From: Octopus sinensis
Lineage: Eukaryota
Assembly (NCBI RefSeq): GCF_006345805.1
Contig: NC_043009.1
Location: 45,074,001 to 45,138,000 of the forward strand
DNA: 64,000 nucleotides
Reading direction: 5' to 3'
Both the position numbers and the translations under genes were made by a program. How positions within the stretch are numbered: the first letter of the stretch is position 1; each line of letters starts with the position of its first letter. Below the pieces are notes generated by a model that was not told the DNA's origin, searched no databases, and was given only the letters and a program-made list of their open reading frames with translations. This document shows, one piece after another, positions 11,896 through 25,489 of this stretch.

Positions 11896-14231
11896 GACGA
11901 TTCTTAAGATGATGTGATAGATATTTCGTTCATAATTTAGCTTTCAACTCAAACAGAAAATTATATATCACACTCTATTTCTTTATAAATAGCCATCCAG
12001 TTAATTTTTTCCTTCAAGTCTGTGGTTATTTGTTCTTACTAACACACTTTCACGTGAGTGTATGGGTGTTTATGCACACACACACACACACAACACACAC
12101 ACCACACACACACACCACACACACAAACATGCACACACACACACACACAAATATATATGATGCACATTTGGACGGAAAGAAGACGGATTTTTAGTGCATT
12201 TATCTATAGTCTTCGCGTGATTGGATTATATATTCTTCACAACATAAGCTTCAGTCACGACAGCCTCTTCAGATTAACCAAATGACCAAATGAAGTAAAT
12301 TCTGGGTAATTAGATTGAGACGGTTGGCTTCAAAGAATTCCTTAAGTCTTTTTGCATGAATAATTTCCAAAGAACACATTATCGAATATGGCGCAGTCTT
12401 TTAAGGAACGACGCCAAAATTATGATCATTTTATTAACTTAGGAGGGAGTGTGTCACGTGAAATAACGAACCAACCTATGGAGTTTTTGTGTGTTTATGC
12501 TTCGTGTCTGGAAACCTAGAAATAAAGCAATTGTTTGCTTATTTAGTTTCATCTTTCCTCTTTAGCCGTTAAAAGTTTCGCTCTAATGCAGATTATGCTT
12601 AGGTATAACTGTAGGGGAAAATAACCAGACACTGTTTGCTTTCAATGCAAATGGTGTTCTAGCATGTATTGTGAATTAAGGCAAGAAATGCTTATTAATT
12701 CAGTTTGATCTAATTAATCAACGTAACAAGGAAGAAAGGAAGAATAGATCATTAGAGTAATGATTTTTTATTCCTGTGAAAACTAGCAGGGGAACCAACA
12801 CCGAAATTTAAATTAGATAAAAATTGATTAAAAATAGAACTTGGTTGGTAATAAGAGAGTTGTCTCATCTTCGATTATATGATGCCAGCATGCAGATAGA
12901 AAGATAACACTCGTTGATGAACGTCATCACTGAATAAGTAATAAAACTGCCTGCGACTCAAATATCCGCCACAAGATTTCGATTCTTGTATTTGAAGCCA
13001 TTTCCTTACACTTATCCCAGTTCTTCTCTTGAGGATGACATGAACGTCATTACGTACTGTTCGTATGTTCATGATATAGATATTCGGGTTATGAATCAAG
13101 TCTAATAGGCACTAATATACATCAAATATACGCAAGCCGACGTGGGAGACCTTTACATGGTTACTCGATCTGCAGGAGATAGCAAGCAAATCTCCTTCAG
13201 ATCTTACTGTGTCATCTTAATAAAAGGTAGCATACATTGAGTAATATAATCTTAAGCATACTATCTGCGTGGTGTATCGTACACTTTCGCAACGTTTTGA
13301 AGATACAAAAATAAAAGACTTTCCGATTAAGCACGAGTTCTCCAGTCGGATGAAGCCAGAGCGATACTTTGTTCTGACCTTCTCATAATGTTTGCTTGAG
13401 AGATATTGGGATGGTTTGCCATTATCTTTCCCATCAGGATGGCCGTTGGCTCACAGGGAGCTCATCTGCCTTTAGACATGTCTTGCTTTTAGTCCTGCTA
13501 GATGTCCAGACCCCATCCTCACAACACAAGAATAGCAAACTGCTCAAGTGGGGGAGCCAGTTTAGTCTTCAACCACTCAACTATGGAACAGGCAGTATTG
13601 GTTTACAAGGTAAAAATAGCAGTTTTCATCGGAAGCCTGTCCTGACTACATGACATATTATACATGAAAATATAATAGTCAGAACGCCTGTAATTTAGGT
13701 GTGCTTGATAAGGTCCGATCTTGGGGTTATACTACCACATAACAAGAATAGCAATCCACATCCACAGTAGCAAAAGAAAAAAAAATACAGCAACAGGAGG
13801 TTCCTGAATATGCTTGATGGTCACTATTACATACACAAAGGTAATATTTCGCAGTTGGTCTACCTGTTTGTATATTTTACTTGTTCGATTCTCATTGCTG
13901 TATGTAAATAAATTGCACAAACGGACCCTAAAGCCTGAAGGGCTCCTGTGAACTGGCACTTAATTGAAACCGGTCCTTCAGTACTCAGCAACACTGTAAG
14001 ATTGGACGTCCTATCCCGGAGATATATATGAGACTGTTCTGTGAGCCAGCGTTTGATTCAGTTTTAGTGGTATGGAGATGATAGGAAATAAAATCCAACA
14101 CAAGTTAAGATATGGCTCTATACTTGGTAACATCCCAGGTATTCTTCCCGTCTGGAGATATGGGGCGAAGACGGAAGTAAGATACAGTCCTGTAGTAACA
14201 GGACTGTATCTAACTTCCGTCCTCTGTGTGC

Positions 14232-14276
<45 letters not shown>

Positions 14277-14309
14277 TATATACATATGCATATACATATA
14301 CATATGTGG

Positions 14310-14480
14310 AGGCGCAATGGCCCTGTGGTTAGGAGGATCGCGGTTTCGATTCCCAGACCGGGCGTTGTCTGCGTTTATTGAGCGAAAACACCTAAAGCTC
14401 CACGAGTCCCCAGCAGGGGGTGGTGGCGACCCCTGTTGTACTCTTTCGCCCAAACTTTCTCTCACTCTCTCTTCCTCTTT
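14310..14480 (+). mobile_element. SINE family C, 3' truncated
   Basis: ggcgcaatggccctgtggttagg..ggtttcgattcccagaccgggcgttg tRNA-like head, as at 29747 and 45077. Confidence 0.85.
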
Positions 14481-14673
14481 CTTAACGCTGCGATGGATTG
14501 GCATCCAGTCCAGCTGGGGGGGGGGGAAACATACGCCACAGAAACCGAGAAACAGGGCCCATGTATCAGAACCAATTTCAAGCTTAAAGTAATAAATACA
14601 TGCAATCATCAGCACAAATATCCCAAAGCATATAAGTACAAGTGTTTATACATATCCATATATAATAATGATA

Positions 14674-14905
14674 GGACGGCGAGCTGGCAGAAACGTTAGC
14701 ACGCCGGGCGACTTGCATAGCTGTATTTCGTCTGCCGTTACGTTCTGAGTTCAAATTCCGCCGAGGTCGACTTTGCCTTTCATCCTTTCGGGGTCGATAA
14801 ATTAAGTACCAGTTATGCACTGGGGTCGATGTAATCGACTTAATCCGTTTGTCTGTCCTTGTTTGTCCCCTCTGTGTTTAGCCCCTTGTGGGTAGTAAAG
14901 AAATA
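14674..14905 (+). mobile_element. SINE family B (central block resembles Meta-SINE domain), full length
   Basis: ggcgagctggcagaaacgttagcacgccgggcg head, gagttcaaattcc box B, gtcgactttgcctttcatcctttcggggtcgataaattaagtaccag central block; near-identical copies at 43612, 48015, 54885. Confidence 0.9.
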
Positions 14906-15513
14906 CATATATATTAATGTATGTATGTATGTGTGTGTGTGTGTGTGCGTGCCTTTGTAATTGTGCTTGTCCAACACAACTTCTTAACAAGCGGTTTTTG
15001 TCTGTTTACGCCCCCATAACGAAGTGGTTCGGCAAAAGGGACCGACAGAGCAAGTATCAAACTTCAAAAAATAGTGCTTTAGATTTTAGTTTTAGTCGAT
15101 TAGTTCGACTAAAACTAAAATCCTTCAAGACGATGCCCCAGCATGGCCGCGGTTTAATGACTTAATAAAGTAAAACGGTACACACACATACACACATACA
15201 CACATACGCATATACATATACATGAATACATGCGCCCCCAAGCACACACACGCACGCACATTCACGCACACACATACACAGATATATATTCCCACATATT
15301 CTTTAGTTTTGGGCCGTTGGCCCAATTAGCCCTCGGCAGGAGTTAGTCAAAAAGTCCGCAAGGAGTGCGGCTTTTAAGCTAGTATATACATTGAAGCAGC
15401 ATTGACTAGAAGCAGTATGTTTGAAAATAAGATGCAATCCTTTTATCATAAATTTGCCACATCAGAAGTCTATGTAGGGTTAAAGAAGAATAACACTAAC
15501 ACACAACAGCAAT

Positions 15514-15559
15514 AACGGCATCATCATCATCATCATCATCACCACCATCATCACCATCC

Positions 15560-15634
<75 letters not shown>

Positions 15635-15703
15635 CCACCACCACCACCACCACCACCACCACCACCACCACCACCACCACCACCACCACCAACAACAACA
15701 ACA

Positions 15704-15746
<43 letters not shown>

Positions 15747-15790
15747 GTACTACTAGTACTACTACTACTGCTACTACTACCACCACTACA
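15514..15790. repeat. Compound trinucleotide microsatellite (ATC)n-(ACC)n-(AAC)n-(TAC)n
   Basis: Read directly. Confidence 0.97.
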
Positions 15791-16129
15791 AACAACTCGA
15801 AGAACCCTCTCAATTATAGTTTACATCTACTCTAAAATATCCATTTCTTGTTAACTTGATCCTTTTCCAGAAATAATCGAAATTCGCCAATCACAAACCA
15901 AACGACTTCAGAAAACTTGTTTGATTAGAAACTTATCTGAGATTGTTATGCGTTAATTTATGTAGGGTCATGATTTAAGAACATCTGGTACCCCAATTAT
16001 CATGTGTTAATCAATTCAGAGGCATGCTCTTCTAAGATTTAAGAACAAGTGATCCTCTTGTGTAAAAATGATTATAAATTTATAGAAGACTCGTCTGCTT
16101 CATTAACTAGATCGAATGACGCTCTAGAA

Positions 16130-16453
16130 CTGTGGTTCTCAACCGGGGTCTATATGACCACAGGGGTCTACATAAGATACACGCAACCAAAATAGTAAAG
16201 TGGGGATTCACAGTAGTATAGTAAGGGTCCATGAAAAAAAATACTCTGTGTTTATTGCAAGAAAATACTTTCTTTCTTTCTCTAACATTCTATACAATTC
16301 AACCTACAAAGTAAATTTGTGAAAAACAAAATCGGAATTTTGAAAGCAATATCTCTAAAACTAGTTTTTAAACATTGTATGTCTATGGGGGTCCACCAGA
16401 ATATAATAGTAATCAAAGGGATCCATAGATAAAAGAATAGTTGAGAACCCTCG
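16130..16453. mobile_element. hAT-Charlie-type MITE
   Basis: Ends ctgtggttctcaacc / agttgagaaccctcg; perfect 8-bp TSD ctctagaa at 16122-16129 and 16454-16461 (nTCTAGAn is the typical Charlie target). Confidence 0.88.
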
Positions 16454-17819
16454 CTCTAGAAACTTACCGACTGCTTTCGACTGTATAGTTGTTCTTGTTC
16501 AAACTGAAACAATGAACAGACTGTTATCCAATGTGTTCCTTCATTTTAAGGGTATGGTACAATTTGAAGGAGATTTAGCTGCTATTTCTACCAGGCTATG
16601 TGACTACGTAGATACCCTGTTATGGACTCCATTTTTAGTTAGTTGATATATAGTTATGTAGATTGTTTGGTTGACTTACCACCTGGTTTGCTAGTTTCTT
16701 CAATGAAGAGTCTTGCATGAAACATTGTTACTTGCAAGTAACTCTAAAATTTACAATGCTTGAATAAAAACATTACAATAAATCGTGTTTTGAATTTTTG
16801 TTTTTATTTCTAAGGGAACTCTAATGTCTTAAAGAAGGTAAGACCTTACTAGATAATATAATTTAGACACACTGGTGAATAACAGAATGGATAATGTATT
16901 AAACTACATTATCCACGCTGTTGTTCATCATTAGGTAATGTATTTTAGACATACTATTTTTATTTTATATTTCAAGTGTTGAACAATTGCATCGTTTGTT
17001 TCAGGTTTCCAGTTGGTCAAACACTGGTTCATTGTATTTTGGAGGTAAGTGTAGCAATGGAATCACATAACGAATGCTTAAATTAACGAGCTTGCCAGTT
17101 ATATCGGTTGATCGGTGTAAAGGTTTAAGTTGGGTATCATTCGGGCTTTTACAGCTTGTGCTGCACTAGAGTCAGACGTTGTCAAAGGGCAAAAATGTTC
17201 AACTCCGCAGATGCATTGTACCTAGTTATATAAAGATAGCTGAACAGTGAAGCAGCAAGAAGAACGAGTAATATAATAATAGCTTGCGTTGATGATTTGA
17301 ACTTTTTTGTTAACCATCAACCATGACAGACACGTTCATACTGCAATGATGTTTAATCAATTCTATTACAAGAAGACTCAGTGAGAAAGAATCAAGCTTC
17401 TTTCATGTTAACCAGCACAAAAGCAATTTTAACTAATAATAAAAAAAGTCAGTGTGATGGAGAAATAAATAAATAAAAAAAGCAACAAGCAGAGCAGAAA
17501 CTAGTTTTTCTATTCAGTTCTGAAATATTGCTTCCTGGAATATTTGAATATATTAAACATTGATACATATGTGAACGTAGAAATGAAACATCTCAGTAAA
17601 TCCCTTTTCGACCGAAAAGTTTTTAAATACTTTACTATCCGCCGCCATCTTTAATTTGATTTGTACTGTTTACGCATTGAGGTGAACGCTGGTAAAAACA
17701 GCCATTACACACACACACACATATATATATATATTTGTATATACATATGTACATGTGTGTATGTCTACACATTCACATATATATATGTATGCATGTATAT
17801 ATATATATGTATATATAGG

Positions 17820-17896
<77 letters not shown>

Positions 17897-18700
17897 ATAT
17901 GTGTTTATACACACACACACGTGTATTATACAGGAGTCAGCCACAAAGAGCAGCTGTATAAGTTTGGTGTAAACGTTTATATATGCACAAGAGATTAGGT
18001 TTCTTTTTATGATACAAATTGTATTAAGATGTAGATACATTGAGAAGAATTTGTAGACAGAAATCATATTAGATCGTTACTTAGTTTAATAGTTTGTCAA
18101 GAAGACGAATAAGTGTCACAGTGGATGTAAAGAAAAATCAAAGCAAATCTTGAATTATGACAAAATTCAATTGGTTTTTCTGTAGGTTATAGATCTGATA
18201 TCGAAGAGATTCTGTTTTTTTATTTTTAAATTATTTTTCTTCTGAAATTGATTGCAATGATTCATAAAGCGACTTGTACGTGATAATGGTTGAATGTTGT
18301 GTATAGAAAATAAAACTATGACATGCTGGGTCAATGTTTGTTTACCTTACAAACAACTGTTCCAACATATTAAAATTTCACTTTGATCGAAGAAAAAGAA
18401 TGAAGATGCAAAACCCGACCGATCGACCGACCTACCGACCAAACGACCAACTAACCTTTTCTTTTAACCTTTTTTTATTTTTGGCTTGGAACTTGCGACA
18501 TTCGCCCTCGCAGCCTCTTCTTGAGGTAGATGAAATCCAATAAAAATCGATGTTCTCCTTGAACATCTATAAATTCATGACGACAGGAAAACACACACAT
18601 GCACACACGCACACACACACACATACATACACAAAGGAAAGGTCTGCATGAAGAGGTGATGCCATAACTTGGAGGGTTGGACACACCACGGATGAGGAGG

Positions 18701-18734
<34 letters not shown>

Positions 18735-18977
18735 AGTTGATTAGGTGAACTAATACTGGCATGATATCAGCCAGCTCTGAGGAACTGAGGGCAGAGCAGT
18801 AGAAAAACCATCGTGAGGGGACAGTAGGTCTTCCACCTAGAGGCTGAAATGTGTTGCTGAGTAACTTCATACCAAACAGTCGTGTGATGACATTTTAAAG
18901 TATATAATGACTGTATATGTATTACATGCGTATTGCAGTAACGCTTGTTTAAAGAGTCACGACTTAATTATATTGCA

Positions 18978-19284
18978 CTAGCAGTATCGCCCGGCGTTGC
19001 TCGGGTTTGTAAGGGAAATAACTATATAAGCATTTTTAGAGAGTTACTTCCCTTATATAAGCCGAGCAAAAATCATTAAAAATGTAGAAAAATGATGGTA
19101 AATTTTTTTTTTAATCGTAGACTCATCGTAGACGCGCGCTAATACCCAGAAGGGCTCGATATGAATCACGACTATAAGATACCCGGTTTTGGTTAAACTG
19201 CACCGCAAAATGTGGGAGTAGTTAGGAATCTAAATCGGAAGAGACAAAGTCTCTCACACACAACTTCAATTTTATATATAAAGA
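18978..19284 (-). mobile_element. Complete non-autonomous Helitron (307 bp)
   Basis: Minus strand begins A|TC and ends CTAG|T, with a GC-rich hairpin (cccgagcaacgccggg) about 8 nt before CTAG; no TSD. Confidence 0.82.
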
Positions 19285-19898
19285 TTATAGGTGTAAGAGT
19301 GGCTCTATGGTAGGCAATTTACTTCGCAATCACATGGTCTCAGATTCAGCCCCACTGCGTGCTATTTCTTGGTGGTACATTTCTATTTCTTGGATGTCCT
19401 ACATTTACTGTAGACTGTTTCCGATACCACACTGGTCCCGGAGCACATTTTAAAGTCGTTGATGGGCAATTGATGGGCAATTGGATAGTGTGCGCTCCAC
19501 GTTGCTATCTGTAGTATTATTCCTAGTCAGAAATTTCCTCAGGAACTAGCCGGTGCGAACCGTTTGTATGTTGAGTCGCTCCTTGTGGATCGTATGCTGT
19601 ATAGCAACAGAAGTTGTCATCGAAATAGGGCAGTTTAAGGGAGCACATATCAGACTTAGGATTATGGGTCCTCTAATGTGGTTTACACATTTTAGTGTTT
19701 TTAGATGCAGTCGTTTGACTCTGGAAATTGCACGTTCGAGTCAAAGAACATATGCACTCAGACGCATCGATAAAAATGCCAGACCTAGGATTTCAAGGAC
19801 AGTCAACCATAAACAATCTCAGAATCAGGGAACCTCTTCCTTATCAACAAACTGAGACCGGCCATAAACAACAGAAAAGAACTACATGCACCAGACCG

Positions 19899-19912
19899 GT
19901 TACTATAGTAAC
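19899..19912. promoter_or_regulatory. RFX X-box consensus palindrome
   Basis: GTTACTATAGTAAC fits GTTRCYATRGYAAC at every position; function not shown. Confidence 0.4.
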
Positions 19913-21444
19913 GCCAGTCTGTGCATGTCATCTTTCTTCCCCACACGTCTATAGCCCCGAATATAGAAATATATTTATTTTGTTTTCTGTTTCTTTTTTT
20001 TGTTTTAGTTTACTTTATATCTTCTCGCATTGTTCTGGCTTTACACAACAAGTCACTTGAATTGTAGATAAATGTTGCTACTTTTGCTATTGTTGTTTCC
20101 ATTGTTGTTGCAGAAATACAATTTCACTGTCATGAGGTATTCTATGAAGAATAAATCTTTCTTATATACTAAGGAAGATTTATTTTTGATATAAATTTTA
20201 CGCACCCTAAAATAAAACGTTTTTGTTTTGTGACTGAAGTATCTAAAAGAAATCAACGGTCATCTAACATGTAGGTAACTGAGAAAGAAGTAAGAATGAA
20301 TCCAGTTTTGTTGACCATGCGCCCTGAGAGACATGTTCACATATCAGTAATGTTTAATCACTTTTATTACAGTTCATGTTCGGTATTAAAGAACGAAGCT
20401 TCTTTCATGTTAACCAGCAAGCAAGAAACAAACGAAAAACATTCTAGATTGAAGACTAGAAATATGGTGATGGTGGTGGTGAGTGGCTATAATGTTATTT
20501 GTTGCTATTTAGCTCGTCATACTTATGCTCAAAAGCGTTCCAGCTATGACCATCATGTCTCTTTGTACTTATGTCCAATGTGTTTTTTTAAGGACGCCAA
20601 ACAAATATTTATCTGGCAGATGTGTTGAGCAGAAATAAATATAACTTTAGGATATTATATGTAATCTTAAATGTTATTGAATAGTGAAGCTGTTGATTAA
20701 AGAGAAATCAGACTTCAGATATTGATGAGAGAAGGAGAATGCTTGTGAAAGTAAGAGCAAAAGAAAAACATTGTCGTAATTTGATTGATCAGTACCTGTG
20801 GGGATTTTCATGTAAAGTGTATTGCATTCTAATCAGGCTTACAGTTCCAATAACAGATACAAAAATTATATCTATAACAGCATAAAGTAAATTTAGATGT
20901 GGTTGTCAGGTAAATGAGATGGAGAAACGAATATGTTTTTTTTTTCTCTTGGAATCAATAAAGACTAAGAATTGATGTGAAGGAAGGAAATGAGATTTGT
21001 ATTATTGAGAAAAAAAAACCTAACTCAAAACTATAAAAAAAAACGAATAAACAAAACAAAACAAAATATTTTTTTTTACTAACAAAGCCTTTTATAGCCA
21101 TATGTATGGCTAAGTAGGTATGAAGTTTATTTCGCAACCACATAGTCCTGGGTTCGGTCCGACTGCGTGACATCTTGTGTAAATGTCTTCTATTATCAAT
21201 CCGGGCTGATTATATGTCCGCTGGCAAACCCAGGATTTGACGATAAATAGCGTTTTATAAATCTGAAAGTAAGGCAAGCAGATTTCTAGATTATAAAGAT
21301 GCTTTCCAATTTTGGCGCGAGACCAGTAATCTTGAGGGGAAGAAGCAAGTCGATAACATCGACTCTTTGACCGAGACTTATTCTATCGACCCCGCAAAGA
21401 TAAAAGGTAAAGTCGAAATCATTTCAAATTTTGGCACAAGGCCA

Positions 21445-22211
21445 GTACACAACTACAAGGCTACCAGATTAAAGAACGGCAGTAGCCCAACATGTCATGT
21501 ATGTCAACAACAAGATGAAACCATAGATCATGTTGTCTCCATGAGCAGTCTTCTTTCGCCTACAGAGTATATTCACTGGGTAATTTGCAAAAACCTGGAC
21601 CTGCCCCATGATGAAAACTGGTGGGAACACAAACCTCCTCCAGTGCTTGAAAATAATCACATCTCACTGCTCTGAAACTACACCATTCAAACTGACAGAA
21701 AGATAGATGCGAATAGGCCAGATATTATATTAAAAGACTTCAGACAAAAATAATACTTCCTCATTGATATGACTGTCCCAATCGATATAAATGTATCTGT
21801 CAAGACTTATCAAAAACTGAGCAAGTATAAAGATTTTGAAATAGAAATTGGTAAAATGTGGAACCGTAAGACTAAAACAATACCTGTTGTCATAGGAATG
21901 ATAGCAAAAGGGGCTGATTGCTACCTAGCTCAGATACCAGGAAACCCCAAAATGGCAGAAATCCAAAAGATAATGCTCATGGAAACTGCCCATATCCTAC
22001 GTAAAAATACTGTCTATGTAATCTCAAATTTTAAAACAAACTTATAATTTTCTTATGCTTTCTTAAACATTCTTTAGAACAATACTATGTGTAAAACCAA
22101 ATATATGACACCCTAGGCATAACACCAACATGAACTTCCAACTTGTTGTCTCTTGAGGTCTCTGGGTGAGACTTGGAACAAACTTATACAAATACAAAGC
22201 AAAAGTCAAAC

Positions 22212-22214
<3 letters not shown>
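21445..22214 (+). mobile_element. Dong/R4-clade non-LTR retrotransposon, 5' truncated
   Basis: Zinc knuckle CHVCQQQDETIDH, restriction-like endonuclease RPDII..LIDMTVPIDINV..K..KLSKYKD, 3' UTR, then (TAA)n. Confidence 0.9.
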
Positions 22215-22306
<92 letters not shown>

Positions 22307-22328
22307 TAATAATAATAATAATCATAAA

Positions 22329-22470
22329 TTCACTAGTACAACACTAAGTACAAAACCAAATATATGGCACCCTAGGCATAACATCAACACGAACTTCCAA
22401 CTTGTCTCTTGAGGTCTCTGGGTGAGACTTGGAGCCAGCTTGTGCAAATGTAAAGCAAAAGTCAAACATA
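22329..22470 (+). mobile_element. Second Dong/R4 3' UTR-only copy
   Basis: Repeats aaaaccaaatatat..ccctaggcataac..cttgaggtctctgggtgagacttgg..gcaaaagtcaaacata of 22095-22214, embedded in (TAA)n. Confidence 0.85.
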
Positions 22471-22622
22471 GAATAATAATGGTAATAATAATAATAATGA
22501 TAATAATAATAATAATAATGATAATGATGATGATGATGATGTTGATGATGATGATGATGACGATGATGTTGATGATGATGATGATGATGTTGATGATGAT
22601 GATGAAGATGATGCTGATGATG

Positions 22623-25489
22623 ATTTCATTTATTTTCCACAAGGGTGAAGTATGAGTGGGACAATACAAAAACAGGCATAAAGTGTGCGGTTTACATGTA
22701 ATGAAATGATATAAAGAAAGGAAAGAAAGTATACACGGTATACACTGGAAAAAGAAGGGACATGCATAGCATATAAAAGCCTTTTTAAAAAAAAAGTGGC
22801 AGAGAGGATGATAGAGATGTGGCTCTCCTGATATAGGAAGGCCTCTAGTGATAATCGAGAAATCCGCTGTCCGAGTTTTCCCTGAAACCGTGGGAGCAAG
22901 CACCCTCTCCAATTCCTTCTCTCCGACTCACAGGTCTACACTTAGGGAGGTACCATGCTCTCTTGCCATTTTCGCAACTTGCACCCACCTTTCAATAAAC
23001 TCACTCGGGGACAGCACTTCTCTCTCCCTCTCAATTTCCTTTTCAAGTGAAACTTGAAGAAGTCAATGAGAGCTCTACACAAAGAGGAATGTATCTGTCC
23101 TCATGCCTTTCAGCTTGTCCACCAAACACCCTCTTTCGCCACAGCCACCAGGCAAAGGAAAACTGCCTTGCCTGTCCGATTGAAGGAGGGCGGCGGTTCA
23201 ATAATCACTACAGACACGGCTGACAGACAGATCCGTCCCACACGTGACAGCAGCTGCTTGACATGACCTCACTAGTCAACAATGCCCAGATACTGAACGA
23301 GGGTGTGCAGAACGGTTTCGTCACTCTGCTTGCACCTCCGAAAAGCCCGTCTGACTGCACATTCGTGCCTGCAGAGTTTATCTCGAACGGGTAGTGCCCT
23401 CCGGTAGAACTGCCAGGCCAAGGACATCTGGAAATTAATCATGATAGTGTCTGATCGGAAGGTCCATGGGAACAGACTAGCCAGTTCGTTCTCGTCGGCG
23501 CCCAGAGTCTCCCTGAGAACGTCGTTGCACTCCCCCACCACTAATCCTCTATAAATTTCTAAAGTGGAACATCCACCGATTCCATTGCCCGACTGAAAAT
23601 TCTAGGTGCCAGACGCCCAGTCTCAGTATTTTCTTCACCCAGGACTGCAACTCCGTCAAAGAGACGAACTGCAGAAAGACGAGCCTCAAAAACGGAGCCT
23701 ACACGCGCTCACCGTCCAGAAATCGTTGCAAGTGGCGTAACCTAAGAGCGTGTCTGCACATTAGAAGTCACAGCATACTTAATCCGCCACTCAGAACTAT
23801 GCTGGCAACAGACTGATCTCCACCAGACTGATCACCTGCCCACTGGAACGCGTTTCTTCCACAAGAATTTATATAAGAGACGTTCCAACCTGGTCAAGCC
23901 GTAACCGGAACAAGGCACGACGGTCAGGCGATAAATGACAACAGAGGTGATGTAGGCATTCGCCACCTCTGCTCGACCTTTCAGGGACAGCTTCATCTTA
24001 GCCCATTTCTGGGTAAGACTGGGCACCCTGTTCACTACGTCGTCCCAGTTCTTATCAACTTAGAGGTCAGGACCAAACCAGACCGCAACCAGTTTAACTG
24101 ATTCGTCGGTCCAGCATCCGACGACCCCAACCGATGACATAGTCCTGTCTCTCCAGGAGCCCAACCACAACCCACCCCCGATTTCTAGGTACTCATATTC
24201 CTTTAGGATGGTGCCAACCATCCCCACTTCGAAGGCCTCCGACACCGTGACACTGATGTTGTCCGTGTATACCGACACTGCTCTTCCCTGTCCCAGTTCG
24301 AAAGGGATGACCCTTAGCTGTTCCAACTTCAGCAGCAGTGGCTCCCGTGCCAATACGTACAGAAGAGGTGGCAGTGGGCAGCCCCCGACGGACCGATCGT
24401 ACGATGCCAAACGGCTCCGATAAGTGGCCGTTTACTTTGACCACTGAGCAAGTGCTGCTGTGCACTGCAGCGATCCAGCCTCTGAAAACGGGTCCAAAAC
24501 CGTCTGCTTTTAGGATAGCTTCCAAGTAACGATCCTATCGAATGCTTTTTATTGATCCAAACTGATCAGAGCACCCACGAAGCCAGCTTTGGTCCCAGCC
24601 CCCTCTATAATGTATCGCATAAGGTAGCGGTTGTCGTAGATGGACCTGCTTGTTATTGCGCACGTTTGCGCTTCTCCGACCAGGCTACCAACGAAAAGTG
24701 CCAGCCTTTCACTAACACCTTGGCCAAAATCTTAAACTCTGTGTGTAGCAGAGTTGTGGGCCGAAAATTCTCTAGTATGTCCCCATTGTCGGCATCCTTC
24801 TCCAGCAGTATCACCACACCTCTACTAACAGCACTAGGAATTCTCCCGTTCTGTTGCCAGTTGCGCTAGACATCTGCCAAGAGATTGCCAAACAAATCTT
24901 GCATGAAAACATAGAATCCATAGGGCAGACCATCCAAACTGGGCGTTCTGCGACTTGTGCAATCGCTCATGCCCTCCTAAATTTCAGCGGCTTTTATCGG
25001 CCTTTCATATAACCTCGCGTCAGCTGCCGAGAGCCGCGGTGAGCTGTCCAGGTACGAACTAAAGTCCAGTACCATCGTCGACTCATCGCCCTCTCCAAAT
25101 AGCAGCACTTCACATCTGTTCAGAGCCGCTTAGCACGCGCTCATTCCGATCCGTCAAAGACCTGATCGTGGTTTTGTTTCCACGTCGTGTCTCCACCGTC
25201 GAGCCCATTGGAAAGCTTTAGTTTCTACCTGTTTAAGCGCACGGGCCTCAGCTTTAATAATGCAGCCTTCGTGTTTCGTTTCGAAGAAATGATCAAGGGC
25301 CATCCTCGCCGCTAACACATCGGGTGCAGTGCCCTTTTTAATCGTCTCTTCTAATTTGCTAATTAGTTCAACCTTTAACCTATTCCTTTCTCTTGCTAAC
25401 TCTTGCTAAACGCTTTTGATCCTGCTCTAATCGCCGTCTTCTGGGCGGCCCACCACCGGTTGTTGTCGAATGCTCCCGTCAACTGACGC

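Noticed and set aside
12255-12280. Second hammerhead-like motif on the minus strand (ctgaagag..gaag)
   Set aside because: GAAA core and helices are too degenerate to support.
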